DNA of 64,000 nucleotides, from the NCBI RefSeq assembly GCF_018350175.1, contig NC_058368.1, positions 169,324,001-169,388,000 on the forward strand, written 5' to 3'. Positions 12,701-25,949 of this stretch are shown here, piece by piece. Positions within the stretch are counted from its first letter, which is position 1. Every line of letters begins with the position of its first letter. The stretch is from Felis catus. Its lineage: Eukaryota. The position numbers and the translations under genes are program-made. The notes under the pieces were generated by a model. The model did no database searches and was not told the DNA's origin. It worked only from the letters and a program-made list of their open reading frames with translations.

Positions 12701-14314
12701 ATTTTAGAGTTTCTCTTTTGAATGCATAATATGGTTTATCTCTTTAAAATTCTTTCCTTTAACGTTTCAAAATGTAGTTTCCTTATATGTGAAACTGGCA
12801 TTTAAAATTCAAGCCCGTGTATCAACTGCTTCTATTTCCTAGCACAGCGATTCTTATTAATAGACCTAGAAATAAACATTTTGGAAGAATTCATGAATGT
12901 CCCATAATGGGAAACTTATTCTTCACGTCTGGTTAAATTCTTGGCTCCTCAGGATAAGGGGTGGGGAGGATAAGCCCCAGGTCTCCACGCAAAGTAAAAA
13001 TACACTGGATAAAGCAACATTATTTTTCTTATGGAAATCTTTTGTCATCCCAATGTCAGATGGTGACATTACACAACTTTCCTGATTGAAATGGGGTTCT
13101 GAGCCTTATAGCTGGTGGGAGAGGGTCCCAGGGCTGCCGCTAGCTCTTGGAACTCCTGAGTGGTTTGGAAAATGGTACCTCTGCTCAGGAAACTTCATTT
13201 CTATCTGTTGGCACATGTTGTAACATGCTACTGATTTTGTTGAAATTTTACTGCCCGAATTGTTCTAATCAGTGCACAAATCTGTAACACCCACAGTGTG
13301 AATGGTATGGTGCCACTGTACCTGCCCAAATGTTCATGGTAGCCCTAGGAGGTGCACCAGATGTAGAATATAACACCAAAATGCATCACCCATGGCATAC
13401 TTGTGCAGTGGTTTTTCTTCAGCAGTGATTCAAAAGCATTGTAAGTGTCAAAAATTTTTCTTCATGCTCGTTGGGATTTTTCTGAAGAAAGACTATAGCC
13501 ATATACATAGGCCTTAAATATTTGATTTCTCATTTCCTCTCAAACCCCATCAGTTTTTCTCAATTCCATTTTGCCCCTTGTCACTGGCTGATCTTTTACT
13601 TCATTTCTGGGACAGACCTTTAAATTCACTTCTTAAATTCATCCCAGAGGGCATCATCTTTTCTGCCTTGAGGCAATGACAACAAACAACTCAGGTAGTC
13701 TCCTGGATAACTTACAGGAAAAGGCAATTAAATTTTAAAGTAGCTTCTTTGTTGGTATGAATTTTCTCAGTTGCAATGAATTTTATCCTTTCATCTAGTA
13801 TATCCTAAAGTGGTATTCTGTAGGATGATGGAAAAAAAATATTCTATGCTCTAAAAAATTATGAAACTCCCTGTTCGGCACATTTAACATGTTTTTGGAA
13901 GTTGTTTTTTGTTTGTTTTTTTGTTTTTGTTTTTGTTTTTTTTTTATCCCCCAAAGCTTTTACAAAGCTGTGGTCACTCACTCCTGTTTCTCAAATACCC
14001 CAAAGGGGTGTTTTTCCCCCCAAAGGTTTCACCTAGATCTTTAATTAAGTTAATGTGTTTGTGGATTTGAAGAGTTTTAAAAGTTAGCAATGTACCTTTT
14101 GCATCACTTGCTAACAAAACCTTGAAAACAGTTCTGGAGAACACAGGTTACGGAAATGTTGCTTTAGTGATAAGTCCATTTGTGTGTGCTCTTGGGAAGC
14201 AGCCTACTGAAGCAGAAAGGCACTGACAACTAGGTGATGTGGTTTCCAGGCTTCTTTCTATTAAGTAGTTAGATACCTTGGGCAATAAACTAAATCTTTC
14301 TTACAAATTAAAAA

Positions 14315-14531
14315 CAATGTTTTAATGTTTATTTTTGAGAGACAGGGAGAGAGAGACAGAGCATGAGCAGGGGAGGGGCAGAGAGAGAGACAGGGAGACA
14401 CAGAATCTGAAGCAGGTTCCAGGCTCTGAGCTGTCAGCACGGGGCCCAACACGGGGCTCAAACCCATGAATCATGAGATCATGACCTGAGTTGAAGTCAG
14501 ATGCTTAACCAACTGAGTCACCCAGGTGCCC
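14315..14531 (-). mobile_element. Felid Can-SINE
   Basis: Minus-strand SINE body. TSD 'taaactaaatct' at 14286 and 14533. Confidence 0.95.
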
Positions 14532-14621
14532 TTAAACTAAATCTCTCTAGGTCTAGCTTTCCTCTCTTCAAAATTATACAAAAATTATACAAAATAATAT
14601 ACAAAATAATATACAAAAACA

Positions 14622-15302
14622 GTATATTAGTTTCCTAGGGCTCACATAACAAAGTACCAAAGACTGGGTGGTTTAAAGTAACAGAAATGTATGGCCTCTG
14701 TTCCAGAGGCTAGAAATCAGAAATCAAGGTATTGGCAGGGCCATGCTCCCTGATGGCTCTAGGGAAGAATCCTGCCTTGCCTTTTGTAGCTTCTGGTGTT
14801 TGCAGGCAATCCTTGGTGTTCCTTGGCTTATAGATGCACCACTCCAGTCACATGGCCATCTTTAGTGTGCCTTCACATCATCTTTCTTCTGTGGGTGGCT
14901 ATCTTTGTGACCAAATTTTCCCTTTTTTAAAAAAAAAAACAACACATGCTTATCTATTTTTGAGAGAGAGAGATTGGGGGGGGGGGGGGTGGAACAGAGA
15001 GAGAAGAGAGAGAATCCCAAGCAGGCTCTGTGCTGTCAGCAACGAGCCCAATGTGGGGCTCAAACTCGCAAACTGTGAGATCATGACCTGAGCCAAAATC
15101 AAGAGTCAGATGCTTAACTGACTGAACCTCCTAGATGCCCCCAAAGTTTCCCTTTTTATAAGGACACCAGTCATATTGGATTATGACCTCATTTTAACTT
15201 GATTACTTCTGTAGAGACTCTATTTCCAAATATTACATTTTGAGGTACTGGGAGTTAGGGACTTCAATGATATCTTTTGGGGGGACAATTCAACCCATAA
15301 GA
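14622..15302 (-). mobile_element. MLT1 (MaLR) solo LTR, MLT1C-like, interrupted by a SINE
   Basis: 'tattagtttcctagggct..ataacaaagtacca..gactgggtgg' at one end and 'ggggacaattcaacccataa' at the other. Confidence 0.85.
14921..15141 (-). mobile_element. Can-SINE inside the MLT1 LTR
   Basis: Minus-strand SINE body. Near-identical TSD caaattttcccttttt / caaagtttcccttttt. Confidence 0.92.
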
Positions 15303-15469
15303 GGCAGCCATCAATAAAATTTGCTTTTTCATCTGAAACACATTAAGTTTGCAGATTGTCTTCATTAGAAACTACACTTGCTCCCCAGTGCTATACTCCT
15401 CACCAGAGCCAGCTTTCCATTTGTCTGCTTTGCCTGTTTATGGGCTGGCTTAACACTCAGCTGTACAAT

Positions 15470-15614
15470 ATGTGGCTCCCAGAGCAGCAGCAGCAGCTAG
15501 ACCCTTGTTAGAAATGGAGGCTGGTGGGCTTCACCTCAGACCTCTTGAATCAGAATCTGCATTTTAAAAGATCTCTAGGGGATTCTATATGCACATTAAG
15601 TTTTAGAAGCGCTG
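15470..15614. mobile_element. MER5A-like MITE
   Basis: 'cttgttagaaatg...gaatcagaatctgcattttaaaagatctctaggggattctatatgcacattaagttttagaagc'. Confidence 0.8.
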
Positions 15615-16656
15615 AAGAATTAACTCCCAGAGATCAATGGACTCAATTTCCTGAGGTAGGAAATTGCTTATTTGACCCTGAAACAGAGGGACCTGGCTCT
15701 CCAGGTATTCTCTTGCTGCCTTACTGCTTTGTTGTCATTTGCTCCCCCGATTTGTCCTGACTGTGTGGACCCCTGTTCACATCAGCCGGTTTCACCCCTG
15801 TCTTGGTATTTAGCTTCCTCATTAGTCCTTTCTAAGTCTGTCCCCTTTCCTGGCTACCTACCTTGCACTATATTCTGCTGCCTAAGCGCCTACATGCTGT
15901 AAATAATTGTAAGTGCCAATGCACCTGGGGCACAAAGCATTCTAACAAAGCATGTCAAAGACCATCAAACAGACATATTATCATACCCTCAAATGACACC
16001 AGACTGTTGGTCTCATTAGTTTCACAATGTGTATGGCATCTCTTTCCCCCATTACTAATATAATCCACAAAACTAAAACAGAAGTTGCCCACCAGCTGGG
16101 AAAGTGTGTGATGTAAAGCAAAATCAAAATATTATGATATTGAAGTTATAAAAGTATGTATGTAATTATGCTGGCTCTGTTTTGCATTGGATTCTCTCCG
16201 AGGTAGAAAATGAAATCGCTTTCCTTTGATTAAAAAAGTAAAGTTCCATTTACGACAGGATAGCATTTGTTACAGAAGTTTCAGTTAATGAAAATCAGAG
16301 TGGCACAAAAGCCATCAATAAGCCGTAGGAGGGAGACTTGCCATTTTTATTTAATGTGCTGATTCTAATTCACTAATAAAAGGGAAAAAAAAAGGAACAC
16401 TAAATTTATTATGCTTCATCATTATTTAAGTGAAGTGTTATTTTAAATAAAATTTTGAGATAAATTTCCAGCTTCTCTTTTTTTTTAGAAATTAATTAGT
16501 ATCATTAAGATTTTACTACCTGCTTATGAAAAGGCATTTTTTTTCCTATTGTCATTAACGTGAATCTTTACGTCTCAGAGCTGGATTTTTTTTTTAACTA
16601 GCAATACTTATTATCCTTTTTCCCCTATTTTTTATACAAAATGAAATAATGTCTTA

Positions 16657-16878
16657 TTTTTTTTTAATTTTTTTTCAACGTTTATTTATTTTTGGGACAG
16701 AGAGAGACAGAGCATGAATGGGGGAGGGGCAGAGAGAGAGGGAGACACAGAATCAGAAACAGGCTCCAGGCTCTGAGCCATCAGCCCAGAGCCCAACGCG
16801 GGGCTCGAACTCACTGACCGCGAGATCGTGACCTGGCTGAAGTCGGATGCTTAACCGACTGCGCCACCCAGGTGCCCC
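16657..16878 (-). mobile_element. Young felid Can-SINE
   Basis: Many CpGs retained, variant motifs 'ctgagccatcagcccagagcc' and 'gacctggctgaagtcgg', and a perfect TSD 'aataatgtcttatttt'. Confidence 0.97.
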
Positions 16879-19800
16879 AATAATGTCTTATTTTTAAAGG
16901 TATGTTGCCACTATCTATATGCAATGACATGAAATTGTTTAGCTTTCTTTTAAAATTCTATATATGGTTCTTTTCTCCAAAATCATTTTTTTTTTAAATG
17001 TGGGCAATGTTTAAAATGGAGCTGTTTGCCTGAAACTTGATCATTAACAGTCCTTATCAATGGCATAGCGTTAGATTGAGATGTTGAGATCCAAATGGGA
17101 AACATTCAACAACAAATCACTATCTTTTTTTATATAGCTCATATCATTTTCTTCCATTAAATGTGTTTTGGCTAGGCATACTAGAAAGAAAACATTTATG
17201 ACCAGGGAAGTGCAGGCATTGAAACACAGAGTGGGCTGGAAGGAGACTGACATTTTACACTGAGAAGGCAAAGATTGACTCAGAGGAAATAGAATTGGGG
17301 CTCAGTGTGACTTGTTCTGCTAGTAAATCACTTATATGGCTCTCGGCACTTAATTAACCTCTCTGGACCTCATTTTCTGTCTATACAGGTAGGCTTCTAC
17401 TTATGACAGGAAGGTGCTTTTGATATGAAATATGGAAATGAGCTGAATGAAAACAATTTAAGTAAAAATACTTTCCTATTCACTTATTTAGTCATTAAAC
17501 AAGCAGTTTGAACACCAATCTATTTCCAGGCAACCTCGCTGACTTGAGGAGTTAAGTCCTAATCTAAGGTATATATCATATACTTGGAACTATGGGCAGT
17601 GCAGGGCAGGAGAAAAATCTGATGATGTGTAGCTGGAAGGACCAGCCTTAACTCTTACTAGCTGGGTGAACCTGGGTACATTACTGAACTCCTCCCCCTT
17701 AGTTTTCTCATCTGAAGGAATGAAGTAATATTCTCGTCTGTCTGGCAAAGACAACTGTGAATTGCAAGTGCTGTCTAATCATTAGTTGTTATTATTTTCA
17801 TTAATTTGTGGAAACTTAAAAGTGCAAAACTGTGTTGCCAAACTGTCAACTATAAGAATGACTATAGCACTTTAAACTTTATCTTATAGTTCAAAAGGTA
17901 CAGGATGGAAATTGGAATTATTGTAAATACACTGCACATAAAATACGATATGGAAATCCATAACTGTAATTTCTCAATTCCAACACAGAATTTGATATAA
18001 ATCTGGGCAATCACTCATCTCTTAACTACAAAGCCCTTTCAGATGAAAGGTTCCCTGTGAATTGAAAGTAATATTGTTGACAAGGTTTTATCATCAAGTC
18101 TCAATCCACAGACTGGGTGATCAGCCCCTGAATAATATCAGTTCTCTTCAGTACATGCAATTATTTTGCATGAATATTGCTTCAACAGGAATCAGGATCT
18201 ATCTGCTTATCGTGCAGGCAGAGATAAACTTCTACATCCAGAGAGGTCTGCTGTATGCTCTAAAATCCCCCTTACTGACTCTGGTTGGATAGGGAAAGGT
18301 ATACATAGGTTGGAGATTTATAAGTGAGGTGGAAAGAAGGGATGGAGAAGCTTTGACACAGAAGTGTCCCAAGTGAGAGAGGTTAGAGGAATTACCAAAC
18401 CACAGGTCACAATCCAATAGCGATCTTGTATAAGTCTGTTCACCTTGGTTTTCTCAATAGTAAAACATTTGTAACAACAGTCTCCAAGAATCATCCAGAG
18501 GAGTAAATGAAATGACAGATAAGCACTGAGCACGGTACCTGCTACATACTAGCTGCCCTATAAGGTAACTATTCTCCTCCTCCTCTTTCTCTTCCTATTT
18601 TATCATCATCATCTTATTCTCTTCCTTCCTCTAGGATCAAATGCCTTGGAGCTGTCCTCCTTCCAGAATTCTGTGGTTAAAGCTGGCCCTATAGCTGGTT
18701 TTTCTTCCTGCCAGGATATGGCTTTAATTAATGTTCTAAATTTCTCAAAGACAATAATCTCATGTTAATTGTTACCTACTGAGCCTCTCAGGTTCTCTCA
18801 GCCTGTCCCTATCTTTCATAGGGAAACACATGGCCATTTTTTCCTCTTTCCCTTCAATAAATAAAATTATTTGCAACATTTGTGAGTCTGTTTCCCCTGT
18901 CATGAACTATTATTTACATATCTTTGCATGATTTTAATGTTACTCTACCTTCTCAGTCTTGCCATTTATTCTGAGTGGAATTTCTACCTTTTGTAACCAG
19001 CCTGTATCTTCCTAATTTGAATTTCTTTTGGAGTCATTCTTCAATCAGCCCCTGATTTTTCTTTATGACATTTAAACACAACAGAGCACAGCTCTTACTT
19101 TTCCTTTTCACATTTAGAAAAAGATGTGTCTTGTAGAAGCTAATGATTTAATAAAACATTTGCCTTTTATTTAAGTAGTGTTTGTCTACGCCATCCTTCT
19201 GTACTCGCATAATGAAGAGATGATTATGAATTTGCCACTATTTACATTTTTATTAATTATAGAAATTATGGAAAATAATCTACGTTCTTGTCATTGTTGT
19301 TTGTGCCCCTGCTAGAATAAGCAGTGAAATTTTGAAAGAATAAATAAAGGGTTTTTATGCAGGAAAAGGATTTCAGTAATTACAGGCTTATTTATGGTTG
19401 AGAACTTGTTAAAAAAATAAAGTGAAGCTGTATAAAAGAAAATATCTCAGCAAGCAAGTTAGACATTAATCTTCACATCATAATTATGACTTAAACACCA
19501 ATATATCCAGTGGCCTTATCTGAGAGCATGAGTACTGTTTTCTGTAGATAAGGTGGCTGTAACAAACAAGAGTATGTCTTCTGCTGTAGAATTCTGCAGT
19601 TAAAATGCTAAGAAAGAAAAGCTAGGTACCATAATGTTCCTTCCAGAATCTTTTCTTGCAGGATATTTAGAGATAATTCTCTTAAAAGAGCAAAACCAAA
19701 TTATATGCAAAGAAGAATAGAATGTTAGACTCTTGAGGGAAGACATCCCATCGAGAAAGCATTTGTGAGGGTCTTGGCTGCACTTTGAAGGGAAATTTTT

Positions 19801-19941
19801 AAATTATCGTATACAGGTGGATGATAGCTACTGCAAGAATAGTGAGTCACTGAGAAACGAGAGCCAAAGAGGTGGAATTTCTTGGAGTCATTTACATAAG
19901 TCAATACCACTTAACCTTCAAAATTAAGATAAGCCAGGAAA

Positions 19942-20165
19942 GGGGCCCCCGGGTGGCTCAGTCGGTTGAGCGTTTGACTTCAGCTCAGGTCATGATCTCA
20001 CGGTTTGTGAGTTCGAGCCCCGCGTCAGGCTCTGTCCTGAAATCTTGGAGCACGGAGCCTGCTTCGGATTCTGTGTCTCCTTCTCTCTGCCCCTCCCCTG
20101 CTCGTGCTCTGTCCCTCTCTCTCTGTCAAAACTAAATAAACATTAAAAAATAAAAATAAATAAAG
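19942..20165 (+). mobile_element. Felid Can-SINE
   Basis: Typical body. TSD 'aagataagccagga' on both sides. Confidence 0.96.
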
Positions 20166-20429
20166 ATAAGCCAGGATGTGTTCACCAGGTTATGAGTGGT
20201 AGGGATTGTATGATTTTGAAAGCATGTTTAGTAGGAACTCTTAACTATAAAAAAGGAAATAACAGAATTAGTTTTCAAGGTATTATTTTCTCCAGTCATG
20301 AAGTAGATAAATACAAGGCAATCGTACTATAGACAAAAATTTCCAGATAATCATGGAACCCCCCCCCAAATTCAATCAAAAGGATAAGGAAGAAAGACAG
20401 AACACTTGCAATTGAGACAACAAATAATG

Positions 20430-20660
20430 AAAAGAGCTAACATTTACTTAACAGCTTATTAACAAGATGTAAAATGATAGCCCATCACAAAAATCCTATG
20501 AAGTCAGTGCTATTATTGTGTTCATTTTACAGATGAGAAAACTGAGGTGTAGAGAAGTACTGTAACTTGCTCAATGCCACACGTCTGGTTAACGACATAT
20601 ATGGGATTTGAATTCTGGCAGCTTACACGCAGAAACCAGACTCTTAAATTCTACAGCATA
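20430..20660 (-). mobile_element. MIR
   Basis: Core 'cattttacagatgagaaaactgaggtgtagagaagt...taacttgctcaa'. Confidence 0.85.
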
Positions 20661-21092
20661 CTGTTTCCCAGAGAGCAAAACTCCAAAGAACTGTTCATTC
20701 TGAAAAAGATAAATGTTTAGAGGATTGGTTCACAACATGAGGCATTTCCTATAACATACTCACTTCAGTTAACAGCATTAACCATTCTATTTTGAGAAAT
20801 CCCAGTTCACATTAATTAGATTTGGCTTTTCAATAGTCTTTGCTGAATGCCTCCGGCCTGGGGTCACACCATGATTATTGTGTAGAGCAGTAATGAGTGT
20901 TCAGACCACCAGCAAGAACCAGTATGCAGGGAAATTTTCAGAACTTGCCTAGAAAACGTCTCCCCATGTTGTCTGGGACTAGGTGGTCCCAGGTGTCAGC
21001 TACCTTGCAGTGCTCCTACATGGGGCCAAATCTCCACAGAGATCAGATCAGGAAGATTTACAATCAGTCACTATGCCTTCAATTTTGCTTAA

Positions 21093-21093
<1 letters not shown>

Positions 21094-21133
<40 letters not shown>
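21094..21133. repeat. (TAA)n microsatellite
   Basis: Seen directly. Confidence 0.95.
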
Positions 21134-21138
<5 letters not shown>

Positions 21139-21929
21139 CTACTACTAATAATAAATACTATCTGGGGCACAACAAAAATCCAAAAGTAGGGATGCTCCAG
21201 GATTAATTTCCGTGACTCAACACTATCATTATGGATCCAGGTTCTTTCTCTTTTGTCACTCTGCCATCCATAGCGAACTAGCTTTGTCTTGTTATGAGAA
21301 AGGAGTTGCAGCCAAGCTGATAATGTCCAGAAGAAGAGGAAGCCATATTTCTTAGAAGACCTTTTCTCATGTTTTATTACTAGGTCACATGTTTACCCTG
21401 GGCTAATCACTAGTAAGGGGAAAGGAGCTACTATGATTGGCTGACAGAAACCCTCTAACTGGGGAAAGGACTTTAGTCACTTGGAAAAAGGATGGACACT
21501 CAAACACCATGATCCGCCAGCAAAGAAAAAGGAAAACGATCGTGGACGAGCCACCAATAGTGTGCACTATAGAAAGTTTGATTGCTCATTTTGAGACTGT
21601 TCACCTGTAAGTTAAAAAGAAAGAAAAAAACAACCCTACCCTCAGTTCCAAAAGGTATATTCATAATACTGTCCATCTTTCTGGTTATGAGAAAGTTTCA
21701 CAGGTGTTTCCTGCATTTGGAGACATTTTTCATATTCCCAGTTTTAACTTTGCAGGAAAAATATTAGGCATACATGATACTTAAATAGAGAAAGCAGAAG
21801 CTTGATGCACTGACTAATACTTTGGTCACTAAGGAGGGAGAGAAGAATCTGAAGTCACTCAGTACATGGGTCAAATAAATCTTAATGGCTCATCTTCCTT
21901 TCCCATATAAGTTCCAGACAGGGACATGA

Positions 21930-22120
21930 GAATGGTGGAAAAAGCACAGAGTGTTTGGGATTTCCAGGACTCAAGTCCTGGCCCACCTTTTTCTAGGTGT
22001 GTGCTCTTAAGTGACACTCCATTATCAGTCTCTTTCTGCATCAGTAAAATAGGAATAATGACAAACTATGACAGGTTTGCCATGAAGCTCAAATGAGATA
22101 TTGTTTATAAAAGCACTTTA
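21930..22120 (+). mobile_element. MIR
   Basis: 'tcagtctctttctgcatcagtaaaataggaataat...aaatgagata...aaagcactt'. Confidence 0.75.
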
Positions 22121-22569
22121 TCAGTTAGGAATAACATATTTTCAGTTACAAGTAACAGAAAAATAAAAATAGGAGTTCATTTCTTTTTCTCATCACAAGA
22201 CATATCTGCAGGTAGGCAGGCAGGTGTAGCAGCTCCGTGCCATCAACATCTCAAGATCCTTTTATCTTTCTGTTCTAGCTTCCTTAGCAGGTCAACTAAT
22301 TGCTTCATTATCATAACATGGCAGCTGGATCTCTAGATATCATTCCAGAGTTCCAGGCAGAAAGAAGTATGCATGAACTTTGTCCATTCCCTTTTTCTCA
22401 GAACTCTTTCAACAGACTTTCACTTGTATCTTATAGTCTCTAGAACTGGGTGACAGGGCTTCATCTATCTGCAAGGGAGGCTAGACAAGCAGTTGGCTTT
22501 TCAGCCTCTATAGTGGGAGAGAGCCAGGGAAAGAAGGAGGTTAGATAAGATAATAAGTGTCTGTCACCA
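22121..22569 (-). mobile_element. Old MLT1 (MaLR) LTR
   Basis: 'ttcagttacaagtaacagaaaa...atggcagctggatctctagatatca...gttccaggcagaaagaag...ctgcaagggaggct' resembles MLT1J-type LTRs. Confidence 0.7.
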
Positions 22570-24349
22570 GCATTTTGTAAAGTGAAAACTCTGGGTAAAC
22601 GTCCTAGTTGAAAGTTTCCCAAAAGTAAATCAGTCACTAAATACATGATGGATGAGAATGAGTAGAATATATAACAAGAAGAGAAGGTTAAAATGTTAGC
22701 TTAGAAAGATGCCTAGTTTCCATCACATCACTACGGTAAACACCACTAGGTCAGAACTGTTACCTTCCTCACAGGAAGACATGTCCAAAACAAGCCTCCA
22801 AATGAAATGTTACAGAAAGCATGGATTAACTGTGCACTGTTACCTATTCTTATCATCATGTTTTACAAGCAGATGAAATCACTTATGCCCTTTCCCACCC
22901 CCTGTTTAGAATTTGTCAGTAGAATGGAGTGTCAGAAAGGACTTACAATGCCTAAAACATTTAGAAATTAAAATAGTGTGCTAAGGTAGCATGACCTTTT
23001 CAATATGCTGGATTTTCAATTGTTCAACCATTCCTCTTGTTCTTTTCCCTGAATTTTCTTTATGGAAGAAAAAGGTGAATTGGCACCTAAAGTATGGAGT
23101 ACTCACAGGAACAAAACTGCACATCACTGAAACAATTCAGAGGTGATTCTGTACTGCTTTAGAGTGGCAGGGCAACAAAAGAGGGGAACTTTATTAATTG
23201 TGACGGGGCCAGGGGAATGGATTTAGAAACCCGCCTCGCCAATTTTCCTCTAGTGTGCTTTAGAGGTACGTAGGTCTGCATGCAAACATCTGTTCATGTT
23301 CAAAATGTGACCCTGTCTATTCCAAAGAATAAAAACTAATAAATCCCCGATGGTATTGCCATTCTGCTTTTCTAAAGGAAAATGGGTGCTTCATCGTCAT
23401 TTCAGTTCATGACGTTTCTTGGAAGAACTCTTCTGGGGACTCCCAAGTGCCTCCTCTGGGTTTCCCTAGCACCCTACATGGTGTTCCCATGCAGAAATGA
23501 TCACATGGTATTCCAGGCTTCTATTCATTCACTTCATCTCCCAGATGATGATTTCTGAAGGACACCTAGCACATGCCTGGTGCACAGGAGGAAGTCACAA
23601 AATGTTTGCTGAATAAATGCCATCCTGTGCCAAGAAGCAGGCCAAGCCCGCAACCAGAGGCCTCTCCTGCTCATCAGATGTTCTGCATCTCCGAAGAGCT
23701 GGTAGGAAACAGCAGGCACATTGTACATGTTCCTGGTTTTATCCCAAAGCTGACTTCAGCTTTTATCCCAAAGCTGACTTTGGTACAGTTCTCTCTATAC
23801 TACAGAAGATTGGGATGACTACCTAAGAATTCTACGGATGCAAGTCAGCTCTAAAGCCATTCTGTTATCTTCTTACAATGAAAGAAGAGACAGGTGTCAT
23901 TCTCGGATAATATTGGTTGTTTTAGAAATCAAAATAAAATTTAGAAACCCAGTTTCTGAAACATGTGTTTTTATACTTCTCCTTTCTTGATTCATTCATT
24001 CCACAGGTGGCTAGTTCCAGAAACTGATAGCCAAGGATAGTTAGAAAGAGCCAGTCTGTAAACAGATGTTTGCACATCCACAACAGACAGATGTCTGAGC
24101 AGAGCAGGTTCTGGCATCTGAGACTGTATGTTTATATTTAGGAGGGGGGTAAACACTATTTTTGTACATGATTCTGTTAAATAAAAAAGGGGAATGGGTA
24201 AGCCATAATATATGTGACAGTGAATGATAAACCATATTGTATCGGCTAAGAGTGAGGCCTCTGGAGTGGAAGGGTCCCAGCTCAAATCCCAGATCTGCCA
24301 CATTGTGGTTTTGTGATCATGGATCGTTAACTTCTCTAATCCTTGGTTT

Positions 24350-24357
24350 TATATATT

Positions 24358-24388
<31 letters not shown>

Positions 24389-24550
24389 TATATATAGTTT
24401 ATAAATATAGTTTATAATATATATAAACTATGTATACTTTATATATAGTTTATATTATATATATTTTTATAGTTATATTTTTATATAGTTTATATAGTTA
24501 TATAGTTTATATAGTATATATATATAGTTTATATAGTTTATATATATATA
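24350..24550. repeat. AT-rich low-complexity tract of (TA)n and (TATAGTT)n within a MIR
   Basis: Seen directly. MIR motifs flank it ('aacttctctaatccttggttt' before, 'aatgaagataacaatagtacctacatca' after). Confidence 0.85.
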
Positions 24551-25115
24551 ATGAAGATAACAATAGTACCTACATCACATTCATTTGTTAGGAGAATGAG
24601 ATATGATATACAGGGCTTGGTGACTGATGGGTTCTCAGCTATGTGACAATGACCTGCCATTGCTCTTCTAGGAGACTAGATATTTAGAGTAAAGGAGCTG
24701 CAAGGGTCAGCTGACCTGAGTTATAGACTGAGATCTGTGACAAACCAAACACACAGTGCTGGGAAGTTCTTAGGGCCTTAGTTTTCTCATCTAATAAATG
24801 AGAAGGGTTTGGATGAATTATCTTTTACCTGATCATTCTGGAGTCTGTGGCTTCTAGAAACCAGTGAAAAACAATCTCAACACTTCTTAAAGTATTTTCC
24901 ATGGTATTGGCTATAGCAAAGATCTGTTTGCTGGGAGCATCTCTCAACAGGTACAGGCTTCAAGCCTGTATGTATGAAGTCCATGCCCACAAAAAAAGGA
25001 GTATGTATTTCCAAAGCACAGCTACTAGTCTTGTCTGTCAGCCCACAAATGAGCACAAGACACTGAGAACAACTGTCCTAGCTGGCTCCTACCTCTCCAC
25101 ATCCTTGAGAGCCAC

Positions 25116-25944
25116 TATTTTGGGGCTCCTGGATCCAGTTCCCACATGGTATGTGGGGTGGGGGGTCGGGGAGGTGCTGCCCACACAACACCAAGCAATC
25201 TTCAGACACCAGAAGGGTGTCTGAGTATTCAACTCAATTCTGACATTATCAATCCTGAAATAGCATCAGGTTCCATAGGTTAAATGTTCAGTCCTACAAG
25301 ACTCCCTATCCCCTACCTTCAGACACCAGTCCTAAGCCCAAGGTAGTTACCTATACTTCTGATGGTCTGACTATAAATCAGAGATTTCCTGGACTCCCTC
25401 CTCAGGTTTAATTAATTTCCAAAAGCAGCTTATGGAGCTGAGGCAAACACATTTACCAGTCTATTAAAGGATATGATAAAGGATACAGATGAACATGGAG
25501 ATGGAAGAGATGCATAGGGCAAGGTATGTGGGAGGGGGTACTCCTAATTCTCCCAGCACCTCCACATGCTCACCAACCTGGAATCTCTCCGAACTCAGGC
25601 CTTTAGGGGTTTTATGGAGTGTTCATTACATAGGCATTACTGACTAAATCACTGGCCATTGGCACTTGATTCAACCTCCAGCCCCTCTCCCCTCCAGTCC
25701 TTCTTCCCTCCTCCTGAGGTCGAGATAGGACTGAAAGTTCCAACCTTCTAATCACGTGGTTGGTTCTCCTGGCAACTAGCCCCACCTTTGGGTGCTTTTA
25801 AAAAGTCACCTCATTACCATAAGAAAATATGCCTTTATCACTCTTATCACCTCGAAAATTCCAAGAGTTTTAGGAGCTCTGCCAGAAATAAGGACAAAAA
25901 CCAAATACATACACATATCTCTTATTATTCATCACACTATCACA
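25116..25944 (-). mobile_element. MER21-like solo LTR
   Basis: The minus strand begins 'tgtgatagtgtgatgaataataagaga...ctggcagagctcctaaaactcttggaatt', like MER21. Candidate 5-bp TSD GCCAC at 25111-25115 and 25945-25949. Confidence 0.75.
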
Positions 25945-25949
25945 GCCAC

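Noticed and set aside
18154..18172. Inverted octamer-like motif catgcaa-ttatt-ttgcatg
   Set aside because: The 7-bp arms are expected by chance and do not match the canonical POU dimer sites (PORE/MORE).
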